Assembly (NCBI RefSeq): GCF_044704955.1 | Contig: NC_091992.1 | Coordinates: 44,206,001 to 44,270,000 of the forward strand | Source: Pristiophorus japonicus | Taxonomy: Eukaryota | Direction of reading: 5' to 3' | DNA: 64,000 nucleotides | In this document: piece by piece, positions 12,247 through 25,349 of the stretch | Layout: each line of letters starts with the position of its first letter | Position numbering within the stretch: position 1 is the first letter of the stretch | Made by a program: the position numbers and the translations under genes | Notes under the pieces: generated by a model | What the model saw: the letters and a program-made list of their open reading frames with translations, nothing else | Databases searched by the model: none | What the model was told of the DNA's origin: nothing

Positions 12247-13379
12247 AATTTGCTTGGCTCAGAATATCGTCCTAAGCCGACGCGCGGGATTATTACAAGG
12301 CACTTTACTTCAGGCAATAGAGGCACAATTCTAGTTAGAAGCAGCTCTTTCTATTCGTCTTTAATTTTGAATTCGAGCCATATTTGTATAGTGTCGCAAA
12401 ATTCCTATTTAGTATATGGTTATTTTGTATAAAACTGCAGTAAACTTATATTGAAAACTGAATTTAAACACGCATTGGTTGCTGTTTTATACATTTGTAC
12501 ACGGAGCCCTTTATCCCAAATGGTAAAGATATTGGGGAAACCTCCACGATCATGGATGACCTTTTTTGGTGGAAATTGAATCTGTTACATATCACTTGAA
12601 AGCATCGATCTCCGCTCCAGAATGTTACTAAAGCCACTGCACCATCTCCTCTCTGCCGAAGTGTCCCAAAACCGTGCCTCGTTAACCCGAGGATGGGAAT
12701 GAACTGTCTAAACTCGTTAATCATGAAGAGCAATGCACTGTGCAAGTATAGAGCAGGACATGGTGTTCTATGTGCAATGAACAGAACAGATTGTTTATAT
12801 CATTCAATGAGAAGCAGTGAAAACAGGATTCTTGATTTGACGCACAAGGATATTGGCAGTAACAGAAAGCGGTAAATAGCGCCGCTCTCTGGTTTTACAG
12901 AAATTCTGACGGCCCTGTCCCAAAGTAGACACTCAACTAAGATTGCATTTGAGCCAATACGGTTCCGCAAATGCCACCTTTTTATTTCTCGCAGCGCTAA
13001 GGTGCTACATTTTTGCCTTGTGCAGATTTCTATGAACATACGGTTACTAATTTCACAGCATTATGGCATGCGCCAAGTTACTATTCCGGGACTCGATTTT
13101 CAAATGATTTCTGTAAATGTGTGGGCTCTAACCAGACCGTCCTTTTATTGGCAAGATTGTAAAAAAAATGGTTTGTTATGACGGTATAAAAAGTAAAACA
13201 ATCTTAAACTTTCCTACGACAAGTTAATGTTGCTGTGAAGGACAGTGGACATTCGCCCCTTTACCTGTTGTACCTGCGTTCATGGCCTTCAAGTCTCCAA
13301 GGTCTTGTAAGGGTGTTATATAAATTAATTCAAACTAGGTAGGCATGGATCTACAGTATAAAACTACACATTTTAGCAC

Positions 13380-14100
13380 TAAATTGGTAGAGGCCACAAT
13401 GTCTAGTGTTGGAAATGGAAAAATGCCTCACTGGTCAATGGGCGCACGTTAGATTTTTCAGCAGAGTAGAAGAGATTTAGAGAGCAATTTCGATGTGTAG
13501 CGTATATCGGGGGGGGGGGGGGGGGAGGTCGATGTCGCCAGCGGGAGGTCCGAACCATTTAGATTAAATTTGACAGGCGAGCTGCCTGCGCTTTTCCAGT
13601 GCTGATGGCTCTCGAACGGGATGTGGGGGTTGGGCAGGAAATCCGGCAGTCCAACCGTCAAGCTGAGCCAGCGGTTCCGACTTAAAAGGGAGGGCCAGGC
13701 TAATGGAATATGAGGCGGTGGCAATGGGAAAATGAGTAATTGAGTAGAAGCATTTTTTTTTGACATTGCAGTTAGAATTATTATACTCACCCTGGCCCAA
13801 AAACCAAGCACTTTTTTTTTCCAGCAGCCTCCAACGATCTCCAGGGGCACTGGTTTGGCCATGTTCTGCAATGTTGTAATGGGCGGGGCTTGCGCAGTGC
13901 AGACACGAGTCGATTTTAACTTTTGGACGACTGACCGACACACCACTCTGCGCGGCTCCTGCGCCTATCGGGACCTGGATAAAAATGCAAACTAACATCA
14001 AGGTGGTGAGATGATGGCACTAAGGGTTCCATTGGGATTTTGGTCTTGCTTTGCCCGATTACTACCAAAAAATGGGGCAGTATAGAGACCAAAAAGCTGT
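13380..14100. mobile_element. GC-rich non-autonomous DNA-transposon-like element with G17 run
   Basis: Abrupt GC/CpG-rich segment in AT-rich flank, composition like the other Harbinger-type non-autonomous elements; termini not clearly resolved. Confidence 0.4.
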
Positions 14101-14109
14101 TCCGTGTAC

Positions 14110-14610
14110 TCTGGTATCATCCTTGTAAATCTTCAGACCCTCTCCAGTGCCTCTCTCCTTTTTACAACATGATCAGAATTATACCAAGGTTTGATACAAA
14201 TTTTGCATAAGTTCTCTTTTTTTTAATTCAATCCCTCCACAAATAAAGCATAGTGCTTGGTTTGCTTTTTTTATGACGTGTCGCTACTTTCAGTGATTTG
14301 CCTATTTGTACTCTAATATTCCTTTGCTCTTCGATTCGCGTTTTCCACTACTATCGTCGGCTCTTCAAAATATTAGATCGAGTTAATCAGGTATGACCTA
14401 CCCTTTACAAATCCATGCTGGCTCTCTACTCAGTTGAACATTTTCAAGGTATTCTTTCGCTGACAATTGACTGCAATAATTTCCCAACAAATAAAGATAA
14501 GTGGTCCATAATTCCCTGGTTTCCCCTTCCTTGAATTGCAGATTTTTGTGGGAATCATGATAGATTGTAATGTCACAATCATCAAAAGAATGGGAATACA
14601 TTTCCACTTA
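14110..14610 (-). mobile_element. Highly decayed CR1 fragments
   Basis: TATGACCTACCCTTTACAAATCCATGCTGGCT (antisense QHGF.KG.S) and ORF2 C-terminal remnants. Confidence 0.6.
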
Positions 14611-15599
14611 ATCAGGGGTGCAAAGCAGATAGTGCATCAACTGCCACTGTTATACACTTGTCCAACCTTCTGGAAGACTGGGTGAATGTATAATGGGTAG
14701 CCAATCCAGTACTGTCCATTTTGCACCTGCTGAAGTGGAATTTTACTCCAAGTTACTTTTAACCCAACTAGTAATGCTCATTGATACAGCCATTTATCAT
14801 TTTTTATCTAGTGTGGCAAGTAATCCTCACAGAAGGTAACCTGTGGGTGACTAATTGAAGAAAATGTTGGTCTTAAACATAATTTTGAGATCAAAGAAGA
14901 GAAACAGAACAAAAGCTGGCTGCCTAGAAGAGGAAAATATTTTTGAATATATCATCCCTAATCTGCTGGTGGAGCCATTTTTAGTTGCTTGTCACATACC
15001 AGCAACACATTTCAACCATCCATCCCTATTTTCACCATTCTCATCGGAGACTTCAATTTTCATGATTAAGATTGACTAGCAAGCAACACACAAAAATCCA
15101 CCATGGCTTGAGGTTGTTTAAAGCTTCACTGAACTCTTTCCTTGATTGAGCATGATCAATCTAAAAGCATGCAATAAAGCACATTGCATTCTTTGTGCTC
15201 CAAAGTGGCACATTTTTGATGCTGGCCCTGCAAAATCAGCTAATTTAAAAATAATTTTAGCTTTGTGGATAGCCTTTTCTGCATAAAACACATGCACAAT
15301 ATTCTGGTTCTAGCCATTCTGTGATATTAGATAACCTTCATGACTGTAGCAGGCCATTTGAGGATGTTGAAGGAGCTTCCTATTAATTGTAATGAAACTC
15401 AAACATTTCTGAAGTGGCCTTTTAGCTGCATCTCAAAAGAACAAGGTGCTGATCAGTTAAATAATCCTGAAATTGAAACCTTAAATTACAATTTCTATTT
15501 TATATAACACTGTTAATGCAGTAACATTTCCCAAGGGCCCCGCACAGGAACATTATCAAAGAGAATTTGACACAGAACCACACAAGGAGATATTAGATG

Positions 15600-17832
15600 A
15601 AGGGGCTTAAAGAAAAAGGCTGAGAAAAATAATTCCAGAGCTCCCTGGATGTCTAGGGACTTGCAGGGGAGGATTAAGGAAAAAAGGGACGCTTATGTCA
15701 TATCAATGGCTAAATACTACAGAATCTTTAGAGGAATATAGAAAGTTAAGAGGCAAAATTAAAAAGGATTATTAGGAATGCTAAGAGCATGAGAAATTCT
15801 TGGCCAGTAAAATTAAGGAAAACCCTAAGATGTTCTATAAATATATTCAGAGGGTAACTAAAAGGATAGGGCTTATTAGAGACTGAGGTTTATCTTTGTG
15901 TGGAGGTGGAAGATGTTGGGAGGATTCTTAATTAATACTTTGCATCTGTTTTCACAAATGAAAAGGGCAATGCAGATACTGCTATTGAGTGATATTCTGG
16001 ATGAAATAAATGAAGTATTAAGGGTTTAACAGCTTTGAAAGTAGCTAAGCCCCCAGGCCTGGATGAAGTGCATCCCAGGCTGTTGAGCGAAGTAAGAGGA
16101 TATAGCTGAGGCCTTGACCATCATTTTCCAGTCCTCTTTGGATCTGGGCATGGTGCTGGAGGATTGGAGGACTGCTCATTATAATACCCTTGTGTATATA
16201 TTCCCTTGTTAAAGGGATAGGTTGAGTAATTATGGGCCTAACCTCAGTGGTGGGAAAATTGGAAAAAATCATGAAAGACAGGATAAATCTGCATTTGGAA
16301 AGGCAAGGATTAATTGGGGACAGCCAGCACGGATTTGTTAAGGGAAGATAGTGTTTGACTAACCTGATTGACCCTCTTGGTTATCTCCTCACAAAATTCA
16401 ATGAGGGTAGTGCATACGATGCAGCATATATGGACTTCTTTAGCAAAGCTTTTGATAAGGTCCCACATGGTAGACTGGTCATGAAGGTTAAAGCCCATGG
16501 GATACAAGGCAAAGTGTCAAGTTGGATCCAAAATTGGCTTGGAGGTAGGAAGCAAAAGGTAATGATGGATGTTTTTGTGACTGGGGTTCCACAGGGCTCC
16601 GTACCGGGTCCCTTGCTTTTTGTGCTATATATCAACGATTTAGATTTTAATATAGGGAGTATGATTAAGAAGTTTGCAGACAACACTAAAATTGGCTTAT
16701 GTGGTTGATAATGAAGAGGAAAGTCATGGGCTGCAGGAGGATCTCAATCTACTGGTCAGGTGGGTAGAGCAGTGGCAAATGGAATTTAATTTAGAGAAGT
16801 ATGAGGTGATGCACTTTGGGAGGGCTAATAAGGAACGGGTATACACATTAGGCGGTAGGCCACTTAATAGTATAGATGAACAAAGGGACCTTGTACTTAT
16901 CCACAGAACCCTGAAAGTAGCAGGCCAGGCGGATAAGGTGGTTAAGAAGGCAGATGGAATGCTTGCCTTTATTGGCTGAGGCATGGAATATAAAAGCAGG
17001 GAGGTTATGTTTAAATTGTATAATACTTTGGTTAGGTCACAACTGGAGTATTGCGTGCAGTTCTGGTTGCCGTATGATAGGAAGGACGTGATTGCACTAG
17101 CGAGGGTGCAGCGGAGATTTACTAGGATGCTGCCTGGAATGGAAAATTTTAGTTGAAGACAGATTGGATAGGCTGGGTTTGTTCTCATTGGAACAGAGGT
17201 GGTTGAGGGGTGAGCTCATTGAGGTGTACAAAATATTGAGGCCTGGACATAGTGGATAATCAGGGACCTATTACAAGGGGGCATAGTTTTAAGGAGGTTG
17301 GAAGGGATTTGAGGGGGGGGCTTCTTTACGCAGAAGGTTATGGGGATCTGAAACTCGCTGCCTGGAAGAGTGGTGGATGCAGAAACCCTCACCACTTTTG
17401 AGATGGTTGGATGGGCACTTAAAGTGCAGTAACCTGCAGGGTTATGGACCTAGAGCTGGTAATTGGGATTAGACTGGATGACCTTTTTGTTGGACGGAGC
17501 AGATATAAGTACTGCAGGGAATAGAATACGGCCAGGGTGGTTGCCTGGATGGGTCGGAAAGGAATTTTCCCAGATTACTTTTTTTTTTCTCAATTGGCCT
17601 GGGTTTTTGCCTCTCCCAGGAGATCACATGGCTCTGTTTAGGGTGGACTGTAGTGTTTTAGTATAAGGGGTATCGTAGTTGTGGTGAGACGGATTGGTTG
17701 GGCTGGGTGCTCTTTGCCTTTCCATCATTGTTCATAGGTTTATGTGCAGCCTTTAGGGCTGCTGACCAAGGGCTGTGTGGCTCTTTGTTGACCGGTGTGG
17801 CCTCCTTCTGTGCTGTAATTTTCTATGTTTCT
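15600..17832 (+). mobile_element. 5'-truncated CR1 with unusually long 3'UTR
   Basis: RT motifs [24 protein letters not shown]; 3'UTR about 17440-17832 ending CCTTCTGTGCTGTAATTTTCTATGTTTCT. Confidence 0.9.
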
Positions 17833-17848
17833 GAGGGGTAGGTTTTAA

Positions 17849-19500
17849 TAATGGTGAACCAGGAAATGGCAGACACTGAACAAATATTCTTTGGTGGAAG
17901 ACACTCAAAACATCCCAATAGTAGATAATCAAGGGGCTATAGGGAGGGAGGGACTTAATACTATCACTAATGAAGTAGTACTTGGTAAAATAATGGGACT
18001 AAAGGTGGACAAGTCCCCTGGACCTGATGGCTTGCATCCTAGGGTCGTAAGAGAAGTGGCTGCAGAGATAGTGGATGCATTGGTTGTAACCTACCAAAAT
18101 TCCCTGGATTCTGGGGCGGTCCCAGCTGATTAGACAGCTGCAAAGGTAACGCCTGCTTTTTTTTAAAAAGAGGCAGACAAAGCAGGAAACTATAGACCAG
18201 TTCACCTAACATCTGTCATTGAGGAAAATGCTGGAGTCCATTATTAAGCAAGTAGTAGTAGGGGGACACTTAAAGTATAATTCAATCAAGCAGAGTCGAC
18301 ATGACTTTATGAAAGGGAAATCATGTTTGACAAATTTGCTGGGGTTCTTTGAGCAGGATGGATAAGGGGAAACCAGTGGATGTGGTGTATTTGAATTTCC
18401 AGAAGGCATTTGATAAGGGGCCACAAAAGGTTACTGCACAAGATAATATATTACCCCTAACCCATTGAGCTTTTAACAGGGATAGAGGATTGGCTAATTG
18501 AAAACTGAGGATAAAGGGATCGTTATCCAGTTGGCAAACTAACTATTGGGATGCTGCAGGGATTGGTGCTAGGTCCTTTAACTATTTACAATCTATTAAT
18601 TACTTGGATGAAGGGACCGAGTGTAATGTAGCCAAGTTTGCTGATACAAAGATGGGTGGGAAAGCAAATTGTGAGGAGACACAATCTGCAAAGGGATATA
18701 GACAAGCTAAGTAAATGGGCAAAAATTTGGCAGATGGAGTATAATGTGGGAAAATGTGAGGTTATCCACTTTGGCAGGAAAAAATAGAAAAGCAAATTAT
18801 AATTTAAATGGAGAAAAATTGCCAAGTGCTGCAGTACAGAGGGGTCCTTGTGCATGAAACACTGAGTACTTGCTGTGCCTGCATAATCAGGAAGGCAAAT
18901 GGCACGTTGGCCTTTATTGCAAGGGGGATAGAGTATAAAAGCAAAAGTTCTGCTACAAGCTGTACAGGGTATTGATGAGGCCACACCTAGAGTACTGCGT
19001 ACAGTTTTGGCTTCCGTATTTCAGGAAGGATATATTTGCATTGAAGGCTGCCCAGAGAAGGTTGATTCTGGAGATGAGGGAGTTGACTTCTGATAGGTTG
19101 GGCTTGTACTCATTTGGAGTTCAGAAGAATGAGGTGATATCAAAAAATGAGGGGGCTAGACAAGGTGGATGCAGAGAGGATATTTCCACTCTTGGGAGAA
19201 ACAAAAGCTAGGGGACATAGTCTCAGAATAAGGGTTGCCCATTTAAAACTGAAATGAAATTTCTTCAGAGGGTTATAAATCTATGGAATTCTCTGCCCCA
19301 GATAGCTGTGGAGACTGGGTCATTGAATATATTTAAGGTGGAGATAGACAGATTTTTGAGCGATAGGGGAATAAAGGGTTATGGAGAGCAGGCAGGGAAG
19401 TGGAGCTGAGTCCCTGATCAGATTAGCCAGGATCTTATTAAATGGCGGAGCAGGCTCGCGGGGCCAGATGGCCTACTCCTGCTCCTATTCTGTTCTGTTC
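17849..19500 (+). mobile_element. 5'-truncated decayed CR1
   Basis: KSPGPDGLHPRV, RT remnants, RPHLEYCVQFW, tail GGCCTACTCCTGCTCCTATT. Confidence 0.9.
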
Positions 19501-19769
19501 TTGAGCAGTGTCTTAAAGGATAAGAGGTTTGGGGAGGGAATTCCAGAGCTCCGAGCCTTGGCAGCTGAAAGCACTGCGATTTTTAAAATCTGGGTGGCTC
19601 AAAAGTCCAGAATTGGAGGAGTGCAGATTAGTTGTAGGGCTGGAGGAGATTGCAGAAAATGTGGGGTGAGACCATGGAGGGATTTGAAAACCAGAATTAG
19701 AACTTAAAAATTAATGGCTTGCTAGTACTTTAATGGTTGTAAAATGAGAGAAAATATTTGTTTACAAGA

Positions 19770-20411
19770 CAGCAAATGGCATGTTGGCCTTCATAGCGAG
19801 GGGATTTGAGTACAGGGGCAGGGAGGTGTTACTACAGTTGTACAGGGCCTTGGTGAGGCCACACCTGGAGTATTGTGTACAGTTTTGGTCTCCTAACTTG
19901 AGGAAGGACATTCTTGCTATTGAGGGAGTGCAGCGAAGGTTCACCAGACTGATTCCCGGGATGGCGGGACTGACATCAAGAAAGACTGGATCAACTGGGC
20001 TTTTATTCACGAGTTCAGAAATGAGAGGGGATCTCATAGAAACGTTTAAAATTCTGACGGGTTTAGACAGGTTAGATGCAGGAAGAATGTTCCCAATGTT
20101 GGAAGTCCAGAACCAGGGGTCACAGCCTAAGGATAAGGGGTAAGCCATTTAGGACCGAGATGAGGAGAAACTTCTTCACCCAGAGAGTGGTGAACCTGTG
20201 GAATTCTCTACCACAGAAAGTTGTTGAGGCCAATTCATTAAATATATTTAAAAAGGAGTTAGATGTAGTCCTTACTACTGGGGGATCAAGGGATATGGTG
20301 AGAAAGCAGGAATGGGGTACTGAAGTTGCATGTTCAGCCATGAACTCATTGAATGGCGGTGCAGGCTTGAAGGGCCGAATGGCCTACTCCACCTATTTTC
20401 TAAGTTTCTAA
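19770..20411 (+). mobile_element. CR1 3' fragment (same subfamily as 51596-55015)
   Basis: ANGMLAFIARGFEYRGREVLLQLY..RPHLEYCVQFW; tail CCTATTTTCTAAGTTTCTA; near-identical to reverse complement of 51596-52230. Confidence 0.92.
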
Positions 20412-21145
20412 GAAGCAGTTGTGTAATCTTAATGTGGAGGGAAACCCTTTAAATTTGATGAATGAGCTGGATCTTACAAAAAGTATGCATGTGTAACTAA
20501 GAACTGTTGTGGGGGGAGGGAAATCCTGTGAAGCTACCTGTAAGGAAAAATGTTTACAGCAGTGCTATGATCTCATTACTTTTTTTATTAACTCAAACCA
20601 GCTACTCCTACCCAAGGAATAATCCACTAAATATGATCTAATCATTGGCATAGTCAGAACTAACTGTAAAGAGAATGGTAACCAACTATCAATCACTGCT
20701 CTAAAAATGGAAGCAGTCGATAAACTGAATACTGGAAAATCAAACTTTGAGCTTGTGTATATTATGGACAGGCCTGTATCCCTGTTTGCAATTCTGGGGC
20801 CAGCAGCTGGCATGACTCTGATGCCTGTGGTGGAGCGCACAATCTTGCACACTGCCTTGTAGAGAAAACAAGGAATGGCCTCCTTGGTCTGTGTACAGTG
20901 GCATAGGTTATCCAGCCGGGTTAAGACAGCAATTATGGGTATGGAATATCCCGTCTTCCATTCTCTCCTCCTGATCCTGGTTGTTGTCTTCCTGGTAACC
21001 AGGATATTTTAAATGGAACTTCTTTGTTCCTCCAAGGCCTATAATGTTTCAAGATAATTTATTTTGCCTAGAGGTTTTGGTTTAATATTATGTTGCTATG
21101 AAGTTAGGATTAAGGATGAATTTCCATGTGTGCTCTCCTGATCAC

Positions 21146-21392
21146 TGTCATGTATCTCATTACTGTATATAACTATCTTACCATGCAAAACATGACTGTA
21201 ACTGGATATGACCTGTAACAATAAGCATACCTTACCACCAGGGGTGCACTTGCAGGAGACACTCCATACCTGTCCCACTGAGGTATATAAAGGGAGGTCT
21301 CCAGCAAGTGCATCACTGGAAAGCTGGAATTAAAGGTGCAGGTCCTGAGTGACCTTGACTTCAGCATATGTCTCGTAAGTCAGGACTTAACA
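21146..21392 (+). repeat. 5' LTR
   Basis: TGTCATGTATC...GGACTTAACA (TG..CA), TATATAAAG box, ATTAAA poly(A) signal; repeated from 25350. Confidence 0.9.
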
Positions 21393-21393
21393 G

Positions 21394-21403
21394 TGGCGAC
21401 GAG
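21394..21403 (+). promoter_or_regulatory. Primer-binding site TGGCGACGAG
   Basis: Directly after the 5' LTR; complementary to a tRNA 3' end CTCGTCGCCA, as recalled for vertebrate tRNA-Ser(GCU). Confidence 0.75.
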
Positions 21404-24400
21404 TTACGGGACCACAGAATGGCTACCAACAGCTCAGATGAGAAATACAATGCTGGAGACAATTGGGATGACTTTATAGAAAGGCTCCAGCAAAGCTTTG
21501 TGACCAAAGACTGGCTGGGCGACGATAAGGCAGACAAGAGAAGAGCCCATCTCTTGACCCAGCTGTGGCTCAAACATACGGTTTAATGAAAGACCTGCTG
21601 GCACCCGAGCAACCAGCAAGCAAGGAGTTCAGCACACTGGAGAGACCACCTGAAACCAGCGAGCAGCCTACACATGGCCAGACACAGGTTCTACAACTAC
21701 AGACGCTGTGTGGGCCAAAGCATAGCCGACTTCATGGCAGAACTTCGGAGGCTGGCTAGTTCATGTGAGTTCCCCGATGTACTGAGACTTTTTTTTATTG
21801 AAGGAATAGGCCACACAGGCATATTCTGAAAGCTTAGAGACCAAGAACTTGACTCTCGAGGCAGCAGCACTGGTCGCACAGACGTTCTTGGCAGGCGAAG
21901 AAGAAACGAGGCTGATCTATACTTCGGGTACGACAACCAACGAGGCATCAGAACAAGGGGTTCACATTGTGAAACAAACCGCTACCCCCACACAAAGGCA
22001 GGAGAGCAGGCCTTCAACAGCAGATAATGGCACCAGAAGCCATCAAAATCAAGGGCCACATGAACAGCCGATCAACCTCATCAACCCACAATGCGAGCAA
22101 TCAACAACAGATTGAGAAGCTAAAGGGAGATCAGCCAGCCGCCGCTCATCCTTCGGAAACCATGGAAACCATCTGTTGGAGATGTGGGGGAAGGCACTCA
22201 ACCAGGGTGTGTCGATTTCAGCATGCCGTTTGCAGAAACTGCAATGACACAGGGCATCTGGCTCGCATGTGCAGAAAAACAGCAGCTCGGCTGGTATACG
22301 AATCTGAAGGGTCAGAAAGCAGACCAGAAGACTGTTGGAACGGTGCACGAGACGCCGAGGTACAGTGGGTTAACACAACCAATGTCCACTGTTCTTGCAC
22401 CAAGACGCCTCCAATTATGATGAGGGTTCTACTCAACGGGATACCAGTCAACATGGAACTGGACACTGGGGCCAGTCAATCCCTCATGAGCGTTCAACAA
22501 TTTGAACAGCTGTGGCCGCACAAAAGCAACAGACCAAAACTCACAGATCGACACTAAACTAAGGACCTATACTAAAGAAATCGTCCCAGTCCTTGGCAGT
22601 GCCATGCTCTCAGTCACACACAAAGGGATGGTGCACTGACTTTCCCTGTGGATTGTCCCTGGGTCATCAGGAACGGATCTCCTGCTCAACAGTTCTAAGC
22701 CATTTTGAACATCTTTCAGGTGTGGGCACCTTCAAAGGGGCGAAAGTTAGAATCTACATCACAGAATGCCAGACCGGTCCATTACAAGGCTAGGGCTGTG
22801 CCTTGTGATAGAAAAGATTGAAAACTAACTGGACCGGCTTCTGCAGGAAGGCATAATTTCTCCCGTAGAATTCAGTGATTGGGCAAGCCCCATCGTCTCC
22901 GTCATGAAGCCTAATGGATCCATGCGAATCTGTGGGGATTACAAGTCTATCATAAACGGTCTCCCTACAGGACCAATACCCAGAGCGGAGGACCTATTTG
23001 CCACGTTGGCTGGAGGAAATCTTTTCTCAACTTGACCTCGCATCGGTCAGTTCTTGCGTCATATACGCAGAAGAGTCTAAGCTACTCACCACCATCAACA
23101 TACATCAAGGCCTTTTTTATGTACAATCAATGCCCATTCTGCATCAGGTATGCAGCTGCTATATTCTATCTCAACATGGAGAGTCTGCTCAAGTCCATCC
23201 CGGGGACGGTTGTCTTTCAAGATGACACACTCCTCACGGGCAGGGACACCGACTCTCGTCTCCGCAATCTTGAGGTACTAAGTCAATTGGATCAGGTAGG
23301 CCTAAGATAAGAAATCCAAGTGTCTGTTTCTCGTGCCTGAAGTTGAATTTTTGGGCAGAAGGATTGCTGCTGATGGAATCCATCCAAAACCGAAGCGATT
23401 CACCTGGCACCCAGGCCCCGGAATGTCTTGTAAATGCGCGCCTTTCTCGGGCTACTCAATTACTTTGGGAGCTTTATGCAGAACTTGAGCACGCTGCTGG
23501 AGCCCCTCAACATGCTACTCAAAGGGGTGCGATTGGTTTTGGGGGGGGGGGGGGGGGTGGAACGCCCAAGAACGATCTTGAGGCACGCAACCTTCTATGT
23601 TCCAAGAGTGTTTTAGCCTTTTTTGACCCAGGTAAAAAGTTAGTCCTTACGTGTGATGCGTCAGCGTACAGGGTCTGGTGTGTTTTACAGCACGTCAATG
23701 ATGCGTTAAATTGCAGCCCGTTGCTTATGCCTCCAGGTCACTTTCGTGGGCGGAGCGCGGGTACGGTATGGTTGAGAAGGAGGTGCTCTCATGCGTGTAC
23801 GGTGTCAAAGATGCACAAATACCTTTTTCGGGGCCAAGATGGCTTTCGAAACCCCTCAGTCCCTACTATCAGAGTGCAAGGCAATCAACGCCTCGGCGCG
23901 CATTCAGATACGACTACACGATCAGGCACAGACAACTGTGCCGACGCGTTTAGCAGGCTACCCCTGGCGACCACAAGGGTCCGACGAACAGGACTGAGAT
24001 GGTCATGGCAATCAATGCCTTTGAATCTACAAGTTCGCCCATGACCGCTCACCAAATCAGAGCCTGGACGACAAGTGCCCCCACGTTATCTCTAGTTAAG
24101 ATATGTGTTTTAAACGGTGACTCGGCAGGGGCTCCCGATGCCTACCCCGAGGAGGTCAAACCTTTCCATAGGTGCATGCATGAACTCTCTCTACAGGCAG
24201 ACTGCCTGATGTGGGGTAGCTGAGTAGTTATGCCCTTACGAGGCAGGGAGGCATTTGTCTGGGAGCTCCATCGCGAGCACCTGGGATCATCCTTATGCAG
24301 GCCATAGCCAGGTCATGTCTGGTGGCCTGGCATTGACGCGGACTTGGAGCTCTGCATCTGTCTGGGCACCATTTGGGCCCAACTCAGTAATTCCCCCAGG

Positions 24401-25349
24401 AAAGCCCTGGCCCACCAAACCGTGGTCGCGGGCGCATGTAGACTATGCGGGCCCATTCATGGGCAAAATGTTTCTCCCAGTAGCTGATGCATTTTCAAAA
24501 TGGATAGAGTGCACCATTTTAAACTCTAGCACCACCTCCATCACTGTGGAGAGCCTTAGAACCATGTTTGCAACGCACTGCATTCCTGACATATTGGTCA
24601 GTGATAATGGTCCGTGCTTCACCAGCGCAGAATTTCACAATTTTATAGTTGACCACAGTATAAATCACGTTAAGCCGGCCTCCAATGGCCAGGCGGAGCG
24701 AGCAGTGCAGATCATTAAACAAGGCATGCTCAGAATCCAAGATCCTATGCTGCAGAGCCGCCTGTTGCGACTGCTGCTGGCATACCGATCTCGTCCGCAT
24801 TCGTTGATTGGGGTTCCCCCCGCGCAACTATTGATGAAACAAACCTTAAAGACCAGGCTCGCGTTAATCCTCCCAGACATGCATGAAATTGTTGAGGCTA
24901 AGCATCAAAAGCTAACTGAGTACCATGACTGAAATTCGAGGGGGAGGTGGAATGAGATGGGGAACAAAGTGTTTGTGCTAAACTATGGCCGGGGTCCCAA
25001 ATGGCTTGCAGAAACAGTAACAGAGGGAAACCGGCTACTGGTTGTACAAATGGACAATGGCCAAACCTGCCGGAGGCATGTAGACCAAGTAAAAAGTAGA
25101 TTCACTGATAACACTGAAGAACCAGAGGCAGACTACAATGTGGAACTCTCACCACACCTGGTGGACAGACAGGTGGAACAACCTGAGGAAAGGGCAGTTT
25201 CAAGACAGCCCAGGCGAGATACCAGCAATCACACCAAACGAAAAACAGGCATCAAGGCAAATCACTGAACCACAACTAAGACGCTCCACGAGAGCACAGA
25301 CCACCTGAGACTGAATCTATAAAAGCAATAAGACCTTGGGGGAGGGTGA

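Larger units (their letters stand above)
15490..19720 (-). mobile_element. L2-like LINE 3' fragment in three pieces (15490-15600, 17833-17848, 19501-19720) split by two CR1 insertions
   Basis: Pieces join into ...CCACACAAGGAGATATTAG | GAGGGGTAGGTTTTAA | GAGCAGTGTCTTAAAGGA..GGGAGGGAATTCCAGAGC, matching a recalled shark L2 3' end. Confidence 0.55.

Noticed and set aside
13458-14001. Two 145-162 aa minus-strand ORFs
   Set aside because: Within a GC-rich repeat-like segment, no domain signature, poly-Pro derived from a G run.
24957-25340. env or chromodomain after the Gypsy integrase
   Set aside because: Only the usual integrase C-terminal tail (W..V..G..V..D.G..RRHVDQ) and a short spacer precede the PPT.
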